A DNA stretch of 64,000 nucleotides, taken from assembly GCA_973895155.1 (NCBI GenBank), contig OZ316897.1:21046260-21110259 (forward strand), in the 5' to 3' direction. The notes beneath the pieces are model-generated. The model was not told the DNA's origin. It saw only the letters and a program-made list of their open reading frames with translations, and ran no database searches. The DNA comes from Marsupella aquatica. Lineage: Eukaryota > Plantae > Marchantiophyta. Both the position numbers and the translations under genes were made by a program. Of this stretch, positions 11,937 through 25,190 are shown in pieces (positions within the stretch are counted from its first letter, which is position 1; every line of letters begins with the position of its first letter).

Positions 11937-13019
11937 CAAAGTAATCACAAGTAGTGATTTGGAGGCCTCCCATGCCACATTCCAATTTTTTTTCAATAGT
12001 CTTTTCAAGACGTTGCAATTCAAAGGTTGAAACAAGAAGCTGCAAAACATCAAGAGGATCAAGTTAACAGGTTTAAGCTCATAATCTGTCCATAATCCAC
12101 AAGACATTTGCATGCTACTCTACCACACCCAACTTTGGTAATCAATGTTGCTGTCGATCAATTTTGAACTGTTCATTTTTGTGAGTATATGTAGTAATTA
12201 TCGTCATATCTGTAGTAAAGGAGCATGGGCGGAGAATCAAGGGTGGGTCTTTTCCAAGGCATTTGCACATTGTTCTCCTGGTTGTAATCATATTTTCAGA
12301 TACATCTTGTCCACACCGTCAACACAACATGGCTCTAACCTGGCCAAGGAAACTGATGACAATTTATGGTCTATTTTATGGAAACTTTCAAGTTGAAGTG
12401 TTCATTGTTTTGAATGTTCCCCTTACGGACCCGCTTACGGAATTAACTTATATCAGCTTGTGTTTCGTTTCACTATCATCATAATCTTATTGCTTAAATG
12501 GATGGTTAGGGTGTTGTGAGGGACTTATGTTTTGTGAAATCGTTAAGTGATCAAAGTCAAGTCTTTGGCTATTATAACTTTGATAGTGTTCACAATTGCC
12601 AACAAGTAAACAGACCATGTCAGAATTGGAGCATGACTGGGGGATTGGCTTGTTAGTAGTGTTTTGGGTGTTTAGAAGGCCTAGAACACACTACAAAGGT
12701 TGTATTGGATGTGTTACAGAATCAGGGGCAGCAGTATTATGCCATGGAAGAGCAAGAAGCACCAAGGAAGTAAGAGAAGGATTCACAAGGACTTCTTTTC
12801 CTTGAGTCACCTAATAAATTTATTTCCAATGACAAATGCACATTGTGTAGATTGGGCTTACAGTATGGACAAGTGTACAAATCCCATCTCCATTAGTAAG
12901 CCCTGAAATTGGTACTCCATATATCGATAACTTGATCATAATCAATCCTCCTCTTAGTCAACTCATCCTTCCTCAAATCCAGACCAATATTTGACACCAT
13001 GAAATACAATCTTAGTCAG

Positions 13020-13435
13020 ATGAACTTGTGCATAAAGCTTGACCTTTTCTACAAGCTTTGTGAACAAATCGGTAGGCACTAGCATTTTTGATTCAATTAC
13101 AATGTCAACTTCTTTGTCAATATCAATGATTGGTATAGAAATCAATATCCCTTTGAACATCGATAGGAGTTGTGCCTTTCAACATAGGCTCCTTAATTGT
13201 CATACAACAGGCTCCTAAAAAGAAACATGAAGTAGTAGATGACTCAAGAGAGATTTAGAATTTGGCATTTGGACAATCAATAAATTGATCAAGAGAATCT
13301 ATTGGATTAGACTTGGTGGAGGGTCTTGCTTCCATTGCCACTTGAACTTGTGCATAAATCTTGACCTTCTGTACAAGCTCTGTGAACAAAAGAGTAGGCA
13401 CTAGCACTTTTGATTTGGACATTACAATGTAAGGT
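13020..13435 (-). repeat. ~90-bp direct repeat in degenerate TE-like sequence
   Basis: 'tgaacttgtgcataaa.cttgacctt...acaagct.tgtgaacaaa...gtaggcactagca' at 13021 and ~13343; both encode a similar peptide (LVPTxLFTxLVxKVKxYAQV). Confidence 0.65.
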
Positions 13436-16400
13436 TCTTTGGCAATATTCATATATCCATTTGGACCATCATAAGAAGAATAGTTGGTGCATGCAAGAAC
13501 CATCAATAAGATCATAATCTGGTAGTGGCTGTTCACTAGGGGTAGGGGGTGACATAAATACATGGTACTCAAATTGCAAGACAGTTCCTAATGCCTATTC
13601 TCTTCTAAGGATAGGCAATTTGAATGATAGTAGATCATGTGAGAAATGAGGGAGGTACAGTGTACCTAAAGGAGGAGAGTGGGACAAATCTTCAGTTTGG
13701 TTCTAAATCAAATTTTGAAAAATGTTTGCCCTATTGATCTTTATAAATCCTTTATTTGGAGGAAACTACAATCAATGGTAATGGCCAATAAGAGAGTTGT
13801 GCACCCTGGGTGTGCACTAGGTTGGAATCTCATAAAGTCTCTCGGACAAGATTGGTTCAAGACTAGGTTTGAATCTTGGAGAGCCTCTCCAAGATTTGGT
13901 CAAAGGGTGGTTAAATTGGATAACGTCATTTGGAATCTTGAAAATATCTTATTATGAAATGATCCAAAATTAGATCTATCTACCCACTAAATAACATCTA
14001 TAGCACAATATTGTCACTACATCTGGCCTTGGCCTTTTTCTTTTGGCATCCCAGAGGGAGTTGTCCTATTCTATTTATGAGGTTGTTTGCTTCTCCCCGT
14101 CCGGGGTGTTTTCGTGGTCCTATTTCAATCTTATAAAAATATTTTCCCAGGAATAATGTCAGTGCATCCTAAGACCCCTCTCAACATCTACAATGCATCT
14201 AAGCCCTTAACACTAAACATCATCTTGTGCATTCACCCTGACCCTACTACATCTAACACCAGTTTTTTAACCTCGCTAAGGGTTGAGATTGGCTGGTGTA
14301 TCTCTTGGTCGCTCTCTAGATCTTGTCCACAAATGTTTTTAGAGCACCAATACAAGTTTTTGCAAGGAAATATCTTCCAATACCTCATGATGAAATCTTG
14401 ACAAGAGCAAGTTGGGAACACACATATTTGTACATAGTGGGCTTAATTGCGGTTATGGTGATTGTTGAAAAGTATCACTCTTAAACCGCATGCTCCTTTT
14501 CAATTCTTGTCATGGAAGTGAATCTCATGAACTCAAATTTTGCACTCCCAATATGTTTCTTTGCATTGTCGTGACAACTGATCTCCTAAGTAATCATTAT
14601 TAACAATAAATTGACTAGTACACATAAGAAACCAAATTAAGGTGAACAATCTTTGCTTAGTAGATGTGGAATGACAGTTTTGTCAAATTGGCTCAAATGA
14701 AGTTAATTCTTGATTTTTTTGAACTTTTTATGATGAAGAGGCAACGCTTTCAAAAGCATTCATTCAAGTTTCAAGGTTATAGGTGTCCGATTACCAAAGA
14801 CGAGAACTTTACTAACGCTTTCAGAAGCGTCCACCCAAATACTGGCGCCACAAGAAGCGACTATGAGATGTGATTCAGTTAGACGCTTTTAGACGCGTCC
14901 ACTCCGACTCAACATAACCATTTTAATTTGACAACACTTTTGTCTCAATTATTTAAGGCACTTAGACACCTCAAAAAAGTCTTGAAGTTTGCCAACTTAT
15001 AGATTAAAGTTAGAAGAAGTCACTATATGTAATTCAACATTTTGGCTGTTAAGAACTAGAAGGGTATAGCGATGGAGACAGGAAGCAGGTAAACATGATT
15101 TTTTTTTCAGTTTTTAATAAGTTGTTACCAGCAAAAAATCACTATTACCAGGAAAAATGATAATTTAAAAATGTCTCATAAAACATGTCATTTTCAAAAA
15201 AAATTAACAATGCAACATTTTTGGCTAGCATTGGGTGCTACTATTACCAGCGTTGGGCACTAGAAAAAAACTGATGGCCCAAAAAAATTAAAACTTAAAA
15301 AAAAATTAATTAATCCACCTATTTTCCATTTACAAGTTTTTTTTGTTACTAGTTTTAAAATCTAATAAAATAAAATAAATTTATATTATTTCTAAATTTA
15401 AGTAGATCATAATTTGAATCACTTCATAATTTGATTCTATCTAACTAAGATAAAAACTCAAATAAAGTAAAAAATATATAATAATTTAAGATATAGGTTG
15501 AAGATATTTTCAAATGATTAGTTTTCTATAATCTTTGGAAATAATTTTACATGCCCAAAAAACTTATAAACTCTAATTTTCAATCAACATCAGGTTCATT
15601 CATAATGTATTTTAAAAATTGTTATAGTAGTTCAAAACTATTTATTTTTCAAAATAATTCTCAATTTTTCGCAAATTTTCAATTTTATTTTGAGTAATTA
15701 TTTTATCAAAATTTTATTTACGAACTCCACTAGAGGTCCCTTCCAAACTTCTTGGCACCACAGCGTGCTACATCATCGAGATGCGCTACAAATCCCTGGG
15801 CCCTCAGCGTTACTAATGCAGGGAGGACGTGCGAACAACGCAAGGTAATTTTTAATGTAATGCAAACTAATTTTTATAATATTTTTTAAAGTAGGCAACA
15901 TCCATGTATATACATTCATCACAATATTAGTAATAAGGCTCTTATCAAATACATGTCACATTAATCTTATGCAAGAGTGCCTAAAATGCCAAGGACACGT
16001 GTCACTATATGGTTGGCACACATGTCATCACTTCATTGGCACACATGTCCATATAGTAAATCAGACATTTAATTATTTATCCTCTTAAGGCAAGTTTGGT
16101 TTCATGGGCTTGCATGGTAGACTTGTTTACCCGCATGTGTTAAGTTGAGAGTTAAGTAAATGTTGGGCCAGGATTTTGGGGCCCAACTCGTTTGGGTTCT
16201 GGGATTGATGGGGACCCATGAATCAATCCCACATAGACAAACAAGATTACTTTTGAATTCCCTCGAATCAAATGGCCAGGTATGAGGCCAGGTGTGTTTG
16301 TGTGTGGGGTGGTGTACTCCCTTGATCATTGGGTTGGGGGGGTACCCGGTGCTCACAGTTGTTTGATTGCAGATATGGCAGGAAAATTACCCACCATGTC

Positions 16401-18419
16401 TAAGTAACAATTTCAGCCAAAGGAGATTTGATGGTATTACTCTCCACAAATTTCAGTAGTCATTTTTTGTATTATTAGTACTTTGTGTCTAGAATATATA
16501 TGATTAATGTGTGGTTTGATGTGTCAGGTTGCATGAAAGAAGTTGCCAAAAACTCTACTTATCATTTGGTGTTAATGGTTGATGTCATACCATTCTTAGT
16601 CAAGATAGAATAATTTAGTAATTGGAGTTTACATAAGTAATATATATGCAATTATTCCTCCAGGACCAAGGATATAGCATAGCATAATAATGCCTTTGTA
16701 CTAGTTCAGTTTATCTCTATGAGGTCTACAAGTTGCCTGAGTTATAGTCATATACTCTAGGAAGAACTATAAATCTTTAGTATTAATTTTGTTATGATCT
16801 ACATAAAATATGTACCGTGAACATTAGCGTAACATAATATTCCCCTATGCAAAATAGAATCTTTTATGTTTCAGTATGATATTTACAATTTTTAAAAATT
16901 CAAGGGTTTTTTTAATTCCTTAAAAAACTCTGTTATAATTTACAAAAGGATAAATTTTTATAGGAAAAAATAATGTTTTTACATTAACAAGGGATTTTTT
17001 TTTGTGAACAAAAATATTAAGAAGGGGTACACGGGGGGTGTCTGTTCTCAGGGGGGTTCACTTAATATAGTAAGAGTGAGGGCCCAGGGCTACAAATAGG
17101 TACATATTGGTTTACAAAACAAAATTTCCTTCAACATTCATGTTTGTGGCATGATTTTGGTAAAATCAAGGACGTGATGTAGTAAAACTTAATGTAAAAT
17201 TGTTTTGAAAGTAACCGTATTATTTACTTTAGATAACAAAATATTGAAGTAATCATAGACATAATTAAAAATTAATATATTTTATTGACGTACATCATTG
17301 TAGTCAATGTGGACCATTTCTTCTTTTAGTTCATTTTGTGAGGGGCCAAACCTAATCGTTTCTATATCATTTTATTATTGTTACACTTTCCAAGAGCGCA
17401 CGCATAGGTATAATATGAAAAGATAAATCACTGTCTCAACTGACTGTGACTAATTTATGCAAAATGTATAGGAAATTTATATTAGCATTGAAATCTTCTC
17501 AACTTGATGATATAATAATTGACAATCAATTTCTTCACACATTTGATAAACATCATTGTTAATTTGTACAAAGAAGTTGTACAAGTATTATCCTGAACCG
17601 ATTGGTCAACAAAAGTGATTCACCCGATTTTGCTTTGGTAACCCTACACTTTGTTCTTCCCTATTCAATCTAGCTCTTTGAGCACTCGGCCCTAAAGTAC
17701 ACAAGTTTCTATCATTGAGAAAGATTTTGCATTCTACATAAAACAAATCGTTACCATGCATGCAACAAATCATTGCAATACACTAGAAGAAAATTGTCAT
17801 GAAACTAGATGAAGTAACTCAAATTCTAGTGTTAACAAAGATCATTCCAACAACCATTTCAAACAAGTGTTACAACACGCAAGTGCATATATCACTCAAG
17901 GGATGTAATTATTTAACGGATTGAAAATGCTACCATACCAAAAGAACTTGGCATTTGGAAGTCCGTATAGTCTTGGAGTGATATGCATGAAGTTAACCCT
18001 AGCACCCATGCTACACCTTAGTTGGTAACTCAAACACTATTGTTAATATATTTTGTTTCATTATCTAGTGATTATTGAACATTGTAGGGCGACCCCTTCT
18101 AGACCAATGTTTCACTTAGGGCAACAAGTATGCAAGCCATTGTCATGAGAATTATAATATTTGAAAGTTGGGGTTGTCATTTTCATAGGGTGCACCAACT
18201 CCAATCTAGTGTCTGCAAACACGATTGCATTTGCAAGTCCAATAACCATTTTGAAATAAGTGATAAAACACACAATTGCATATATCACTCAATGGATACA
18301 GTTTGTTAATCGGTTAAAAATGTCACTCCAACAACCATTTCCAAATGACTGGTAAATTGCACAGGTACACATATGATTCAATGGATGCACAATCGTTTCA
18401 TCTGTTGGAGATGCTCTCT

Positions 18420-19920
18420 TTCAAACTTTGCACATTTTTAGTCACTGATTTTTGAGTTGTCTACTTGGTTTCAACAATTTAAATCAAATGATTGTGCATT
18501 TTATTAGCCCCAATTTATTTCAAGTTCATTTGAAAGATATGAATGAGCTCTTCAATTCTATGGTAGTGATCCTCAATAATATATTCAATTGAATTCTATG
18601 CTAGTGATCCTCAATAATAAAATTCAATTGAATAACATCAATGATCACTGATTCCAAACTTTTTGGTCACTGATTTTTGAGTTATCAACTTGCTTCAACA
18701 ATTTAAATCCAATGATTGTGCACTCTATTAGTCTCAATCTCAAGTTCATTTGAAAGATATGGATGAACTCTTCAATTCTATGCTAGTGATCCTCAATAAT
18801 AAATTTATTTGAATAACATAAATGACCATTAATTTCAAACTTTTTGGTCACTAATTTTTAAGTTGTCAACTTGTTTTAATAATTTAAATCCAATGATTGT
18901 GCACTCTATTAGCCTCAATCTCAAGTTCATTTGAAAGATATGGATGAGCTCTTCAATTCTATGCTAGTGGTCCTCAATAATAAATTCATTTGAATATCAT
19001 CTATGACTATTGATTCTAAACTTTTTGGTCAGTGATTCTTGAACTTTTAACTTTTTTCAACAATTTAAATCCAATGATTGTGTATTCTATTAACCTTAAT
19101 TATCTCAAATTAATTTGAAAGATATGGATGAACTCTTCAATTCTATGCTAGTGATCCTCAAAAATAAATTTATTTGAATAACATCCATGATTACTGATTC
19201 CAAACTTGGACATTTTTTATCATTGATTTTTGAGTTGTCTACTTGCTTTAACAATTTAAATCTAATATGCATTTTTTTAGTACCAATTATCTCAAGTTCA
19301 TTTGAAAAATATGGATGAGCTCTTCAATTCTATGTTAGTGGTACTTAATAATAAATTCATTTGAATAACATCCATAACCATTGATTCCAAAGTTTGTATA
19401 TTTTTGGTCATTAATTTTTGAGTTATTATTTATTTTAACAATTTAAATCCAATAACTATGCATTCTATTAGCCTCAATTTCAAGTTCATTTGAAATGTAT
19501 GAATGACCTATTCAATTCTATGCTAGTGGTCCTCAATAATAAATTCATTTGAATAACATTCATGACCATTAATTTCAAATTTTTTGGTCACTGATTTTTG
19601 AGTTATTATTTATTTTAACAATTTAAATCCAATGACTGTGCATTCTATTAGCTTCAATTATCTCAAGTTAATTTGAAAGATATGGATGATCTCTTCAATT
19701 CTATGTTAGTGATCCACGAAAATAAATTCATTTGAATAACATTCATGACCATTGATTTAAACTTTCCACATTTTTAGTCACTTATTTTTTAATTATACGT
19801 TGATTTGTTTGAACAATTTGAATCTAATTATTGTGCACTTCATTGGCCTCAATTTTAAGTTTATGAAAGGTATGGATGAACTCTTAAATTCTTTGATATG
19901 GGTCCTCAATAACAAATTAG
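18420..19920. repeat. AT-rich satellite, ~180-190-bp monomer, about 8 copies
   Basis: 'tttttggtcactgatttttgagttgtc...caagttcatttgaaagatatggatga.ctcttcaattctatgctagtg' starts at ~18436, 18662, 18842, 19023, 19214, 19402, 19582 and 19772. Confidence 0.92.
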
Positions 19921-20559
19921 TATAACAACCGAGCAAGTGTTAGTCTTGATGTTAGTTAGTAGTTCCCTCGTAGGTATATAATTTAAAAAAACAAAGGAAG
20001 AGTGCCCAAAATTAATGATCATCTCAATCCATGAAAAATGGCTTGAATATCTTTTGCAATGTTGTGTTAAAAGGGATTTAGGGTTTATACAACCTCAAAT
20101 ATTTGTCATTTTCTTATAAATTATTATGATAACACTTTTTTTGGTTTGAATCTCTTCTTTAATTGCTGTATTAGGCTCCCCCCAACAGGTTTCCAACAAA
20201 GGGTTTAACCCCATCCTCGCACCAAGTTTGTGCTAGCACGAGTTTTGTTTATGGAGACCTAAACCCTTCTTATTTCTTGCTAGCTTTGTTGTTCCCCTAG
20301 TTGCTTCTATTTCCGCATTGTCCGTCCTGTTGTAACATGCTTCTCTATGCATTTGAGACTTGTTCCGCGCTCTTTTACCATGATGAGTCCCTAGTTCCCG
20401 GTGCTCCATGGTGGTTGTTGGCTGTTGTTACTCAAGCGATCGAGAGAGTTGTCGTGATAATTTACTAAGTATTATTGTTAAGTATATCACTAAGTATATT
20501 GTTAAGTATATATTATGTTTATATTTTACTATAAAATAATTAAATAGTTTGACTATTAC

Positions 20560-20879
20560 TTATGTGCATGCAAGATAAATAACTATGCAAGCCACAAGAT
20601 GCATTCAAAAATTATTTAAATGTATGCATTAGTTATTTTATGCGCATGTAGAATGAGCAATGTGCAAGCCATAAGGTGCATGCACAAGTTATTTTATTAG
20701 CATATCTTAGTTGTTTTATGTGCAAGCCACAAGGATAAATTGTTTTATTTGCATGTTTTAGTTATTTTTTGCGCATGCAAGATGAACAAATGTGCAAGCC
20801 ACAAGGTGCATGCATAAATTGTTTTATTTGCATGTCTTAGTTATTTTATATGCATGCAAGATGCACAAATGTGCAAATC
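20560..20879. repeat. ~78-bp tandem repeat, resumes at 24511-24600 after the LTR insertion
   Basis: Unit 'gtgcaagccacaaggtgcatgca.aaattgttttatttgcatgtcttagttatttt' continues in register on both sides of the element. Confidence 0.85.
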
Positions 20880-23800
20880 TGTGATGGGGTCCCCGTCACT
20901 GAAAATCCTCGTTGATTGTGAACTGAGGTTGTGCCATGTAAATAACCATTGTAAATACGTCATTTTTTTAATTTTTAAAGTTAATTCCGTTACTTATGAG
21001 GGACTGAAGTATTTTATACGTTGGGCCCTTTAGAAATAGAATTTGACGGAGGGCCCTACTTTGGGGGATTCCCCATTATTTTATGGCCATTTCCGGGGAC
21101 CCAATAGAAAGGAGTAGGGAAAGTAACTTTAAGTGTTAGGGTAAAAGGGTATATAAGGGGGTGTTTTGTTTTTTTGTTAAAAAGCCATGGTACTACCGCG
21201 AGGGCTTGCATAGGGAAGCGCGTTGCCAAGGTGCCCATAAGGGGCAATCTGGGGCGCTGACACGTGGAATCTCAGAAGGCTCCGCGAGGAAACAGGGGAG
21301 CCGAGACGAGAGCCAGACCGACGCGGGGAGGGGGCCAGGAAGGATTAAAGGAGTGGGGGGAATTAAATTCCCCAAAACGGAGCGCATGAGGCCGAGGGAG
21401 GCAAATTTTACTCTTCTGACAGGGTGAGCATTTAGGGGCCCATAAGGGGGCAGCCCTAGAACCGGCACATGGAATCCCCAAGGCCAAGCAAGGGAAACCG
21501 GGGCGAGGCGCGGTTGAAACCGGGAGGAGCCAGGTGCGCGGGAGGGGGGGCTTTTTTTAAATTCCCCAAAGGGGGCGCTACAGGACGGCATTGCTCTGAC
21601 GTGAGCCGAGGTGCAACCGGGCCGCAGCCGGCACGGAGGAAGCGGTCATGGGGAGGGGGGCAATTAAGCTCCCGCGAGCCGTGAATGAGAGACGGTGAAG
21701 GGGTATTAAGCCCTCCTGTGAGCGAGTCGCAAGGGGCATGCGGGGCGTTGTGGAGGAGCCGGGGAGCGAACTGGCACCGGTTATGAGGAAGGGCACTGGA
21801 CCGGCAGCAAGTCCAGCACCGGTTATGAGGAAGGTTTTCCGTCGAATTTATCCCAAAACCTCCGCCAAGGTGATGGAGGATTGTAGGAATATTTTTCAAT
21901 CCACCGGGCTCACGGAGTTCATGAAGGTGGAGATTACAATCCCTTCGGGGAAGAGTTGGAACATTGAGGCCGGGATGGAATTACGTACGAAAGGAATCTA
22001 CTTTGAATGTCTCCAACGGGTAGTGATCCATGTGGAGTTAGCTAAGCTTCTGTTTCTGGAGAACCAGCAATTCTCATTCACACCTCGGAATATAAGGGGA
22101 GAGCTCATATTGACAATGGTGGCCGATTGGGTGATTAATCTCACCTCCACTACTTCCCTCTTTCCGTCGTCAAGGATGTTGAGCACAAGGGATTTATGGC
22201 CAAGGTTCATCAACGGGTCCTTGGTAACGTGCAATCCGGCATTTTGTGGTAGCTATGGACATCAAGAACTATCCAGCCCATGTGTACGGATGGTGGTACT
22301 ACGGGTTGAAAAAGCTATTGGACGCCAATTCTGGGAGTGTGAAACCAGGTGGGGCTGTACATTTGATGGGGTCATTTTTGCTGGCCAGAGCAGAAGGGTG
22401 GATTGTTTCCCCGGGACAGGAAGACTCTGGATCATCCCTTACCACTGAAATCAGGAGTATTGCCACTACCATCTTGGGGAAACTAACGGAGGGATCATCG
22501 TTGGCGGTTGGGGATGATAATAGAGAGGAAGAAAACCAGGATGAGGACTCCACATTGGAGTGGCTTGACTCACTTGTGGGAAATCCGAAGGAGCCCCTGG
22601 TCTACGACATTCCTGATGTCTACCTGGCGGAGTTACGGGATTTCCGGGAGGGAGTCCATGAGGGACTCAAGCTAGTCCACACATTGAGAGATTCTCTCAA
22701 GCAGGCCACCGCCAGAATAGAGACTTTGGAGCAGAGTGCCCTGTCTACGAAGGAGGTGATCAAGGCCAAGGAGGAGGCCATTCATGAGAAGGTTAAGCTT
22801 CTCCAAGCAGAATTCTGGAGAAGTGGTGGAGTTAAGGGCCCAGGTGGGAGTACTACGGAGTCAAATGGTGATCTTTGAGACAAGGGCTAAGAGGAGTGAG
22901 GCCTTAAGTCTGGGGAAACGGAAGAGCCCCTGCACACCTAGCTCCACACTTTCCCCGGATTTGATCTCCAGGGCCATTGAGATGGTGGTGAAGGAAGTCA
23001 GTGGGAAGTATGGACCCCTATTGGATGCAGCCAAGAAGAGTCAAGAGAAAAACAAGAGCTTAGAGAAGAAGCTCAGGGAGGTACGTAAATCGTTACGAGA
23101 GGCTCAGGTCAACACGGGGATGCCACCCCGATCTGTCACCCTTGGGACTCCCATGGCCACCGGGCAGGTTTTACCGTTGGAGTTGCGGTCCGGTGAAGAG
23201 GCTGCCTTATGGAAGGACACCATTGGTGAAGGGTACATCAAGGCGTGGCAAGCCTTGGCCAATTTGAGGAAGCAGGGGAGCACTAGCACAAGGAGTACCC
23301 TGGTGAAGAAGAAGAGGAGTGAAGTGGCACTCACTCCAGTGGAGAGTGATGAGGAGGCCCACTCACGGGGCTCAAGCAAGGGCACCGTGAGTGAAGAGGA
23401 GGAGGATTAGAGTGGTCGTACGGACGTGGTTGTACGGCCCCTTGACTTTCCAACTTTTTTGTGAGGGGTCACTCACGGGCTTGTTGAAAAGAGCTCGCGG
23501 AGCAAATTCCAACAAGAGGCGGCGCTCCTCAAACGGAGCCAGGATGAGCAAGTTAGGGCCCGACGAAGTTGGGTTTATGGGATACTGAAACGACCATAAC
23601 TTGGTCGTCCAATGTCCGTTTCAAGAGCGGTTGAGTGATTCATGATCAGGAGGAGGAGGGCTATTCAAGGGTGAACTCAGAAGTGCAAGTGGAAGGGCAC
23701 CTAGTTTCGGCCATTGTGGGGTTCCTTGCCATTTCACAGTTCACGGAGTAATGTTGGGGCGTCGTCGAAGGCACCATCGGCCCCATTGTTAGTTTAGTGT

Positions 23801-24510
23801 TTAGGGTTTTAGAAGCATGTGTGTGCTGCATGCTTTTAGTTTAGGGGTTTCTTAGTGAAGGGTTTAGCGGCGCCGCTAGGGTAAGCCGCCATCATTGTGG
23901 CCCCGGGAGGGTGCTTTGGTGTGTTTTTTGGTATTTAGGAGGAGAGCCCCGTAGTGAAACGGGGGGAACTCAGTCTAGTGTTTGCTTAGGGAAGTTAGCT
24001 CATAGCCAGAAGAGGGAATCAAGCCAGAGTAGTGAAGTAGAAGTGTAGCACTTGCCCCAGGGAGGCAGTAGTTGGGCAGACGGCAGGAGGCCGGGTTGTC
24101 CTTGCAATGTGTTACGACGTTTTGCCAAAAGATATGGATTTGGTTTGATTCCTCAAGTTTTGTTGTGGTGTTACCTTTTCTGGTTCACGATTGTGTTCTT
24201 TCCCCAATAAGCATCTAAGGAATCCTTGCATGGTTTGGTCAACCATGTGAGTAGAAGGGGTGGTGACAATACTCCACCGACCACCAGTAGGAGTGTGTGT
24301 GGTGTAGTCCATGGGACTTGATCAAAAGCAGAGCGACTAGTCGGTAGATTTGATCAAAAATTACATTTCCGGGAGCGGAAATAAACATACTCATCCTACA
24401 TGCAATAGAATCCTAATAGCGTCCCTCCACGTTCCCGTCATACGATAACAAACGGTTTTAGTAGAGTAAATACGTATTTGTTGTGCAAATCGTTTGATAA
24501 GCAGGTGACA
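20880..24510 (+). mobile_element. Solo LTR (3,631 bp), copy B, containing a long degenerate ORF
   Basis: TGTGA...TGACA ends, perfect TSD AAATC (20875-20879 and 24511-24515), clean interruption of a tandem repeat, and a 3' ~1.1 kb shared with copy A. Confidence 0.88.
21738..23410 (+). pseudogene. Frameshifted ~550-codon ORF of unknown function inside the LTR (coiled-coil, basic stretches, acidic tail)
   Basis: Three overlapping + ORFs (21738-22448, 22246-22878, 22784-23410) relay across frames. The C-terminal GTVSEEEED* is conserved in copy A. Confidence 0.6.
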
Positions 24511-24949
24511 AAATCATAAGGTGCGTGCACAAATTATTTTATTTGCATGTCTTAGTTATTTTATGTGCATTCAAGGTGAACAAATATGCAAGTCACAAGA
24601 AAACTAGATAGGTTGACCAAAGCTTTGACTCTTTTAGAGATAACGGATAGTGCTTATCAGGAAGGGAGTTAGAAGAATAGCAACAACTCAAACCTCAGAA
24701 TTATTTGATGTATAAATTGTTTTAGGTGCATGCATTAGTTGTTTTACTTGCATACATCATTTGTTTTGATTGCAATAATACTAGCACATATTCCTACGTT
24801 GGATGTATGTCACTTGACTTTCATCCAAGTATGTGAGCGTAATCCATGTCCTCTTGAAATCAGTATAAATAAAGTGGTGAGTGACATTCTCTCCTCATTT
24901 CCATATTTTGATAATTTTTGGGTCAAAGTGCATTGCACGAAAGATTTCA

Positions 24950-25190
24950 AGGCAAGGCAATATGTCGAGGAGAAGGCAAGATGTTGAGGAGAGGGCAAGA
25001 TGGTGAGGAGAGGGCAAGATTTTGCGGTGAGGGCAAGATATCGAGGAGAGGACAAGAAGTTTACGGTGAGGGCAAGATGGCGAGGAGAGGGCAAGATGGT
25101 GAGGAGAGGGCAAGATTTTGCAGTGAGGGCAAGATGTCGAGGAGAGGGCAAGATGTGGAGGTGAGGGCAAGATTCAAAGTGAGGCAAACA
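24950..25190. repeat. ~18-bp tandem repeat (gaggagagggcaagatg..), resembles the Helitron-internal repeats at 56640-57240
   Basis: More than 10 copies of gagggcaagat. Confidence 0.8.

Noticed and set aside
17781-17831. CACTAGAA...TTCTAGTG mini element
   Set aside because: Only ~50 bp and the flanks give no matching 3-bp TSD.
9323-24510. The two LTR-like copies as ends of one large element
   Set aside because: They are inverted relative to each other and each has its own distinct 5-bp TSD, so they are independent insertions.
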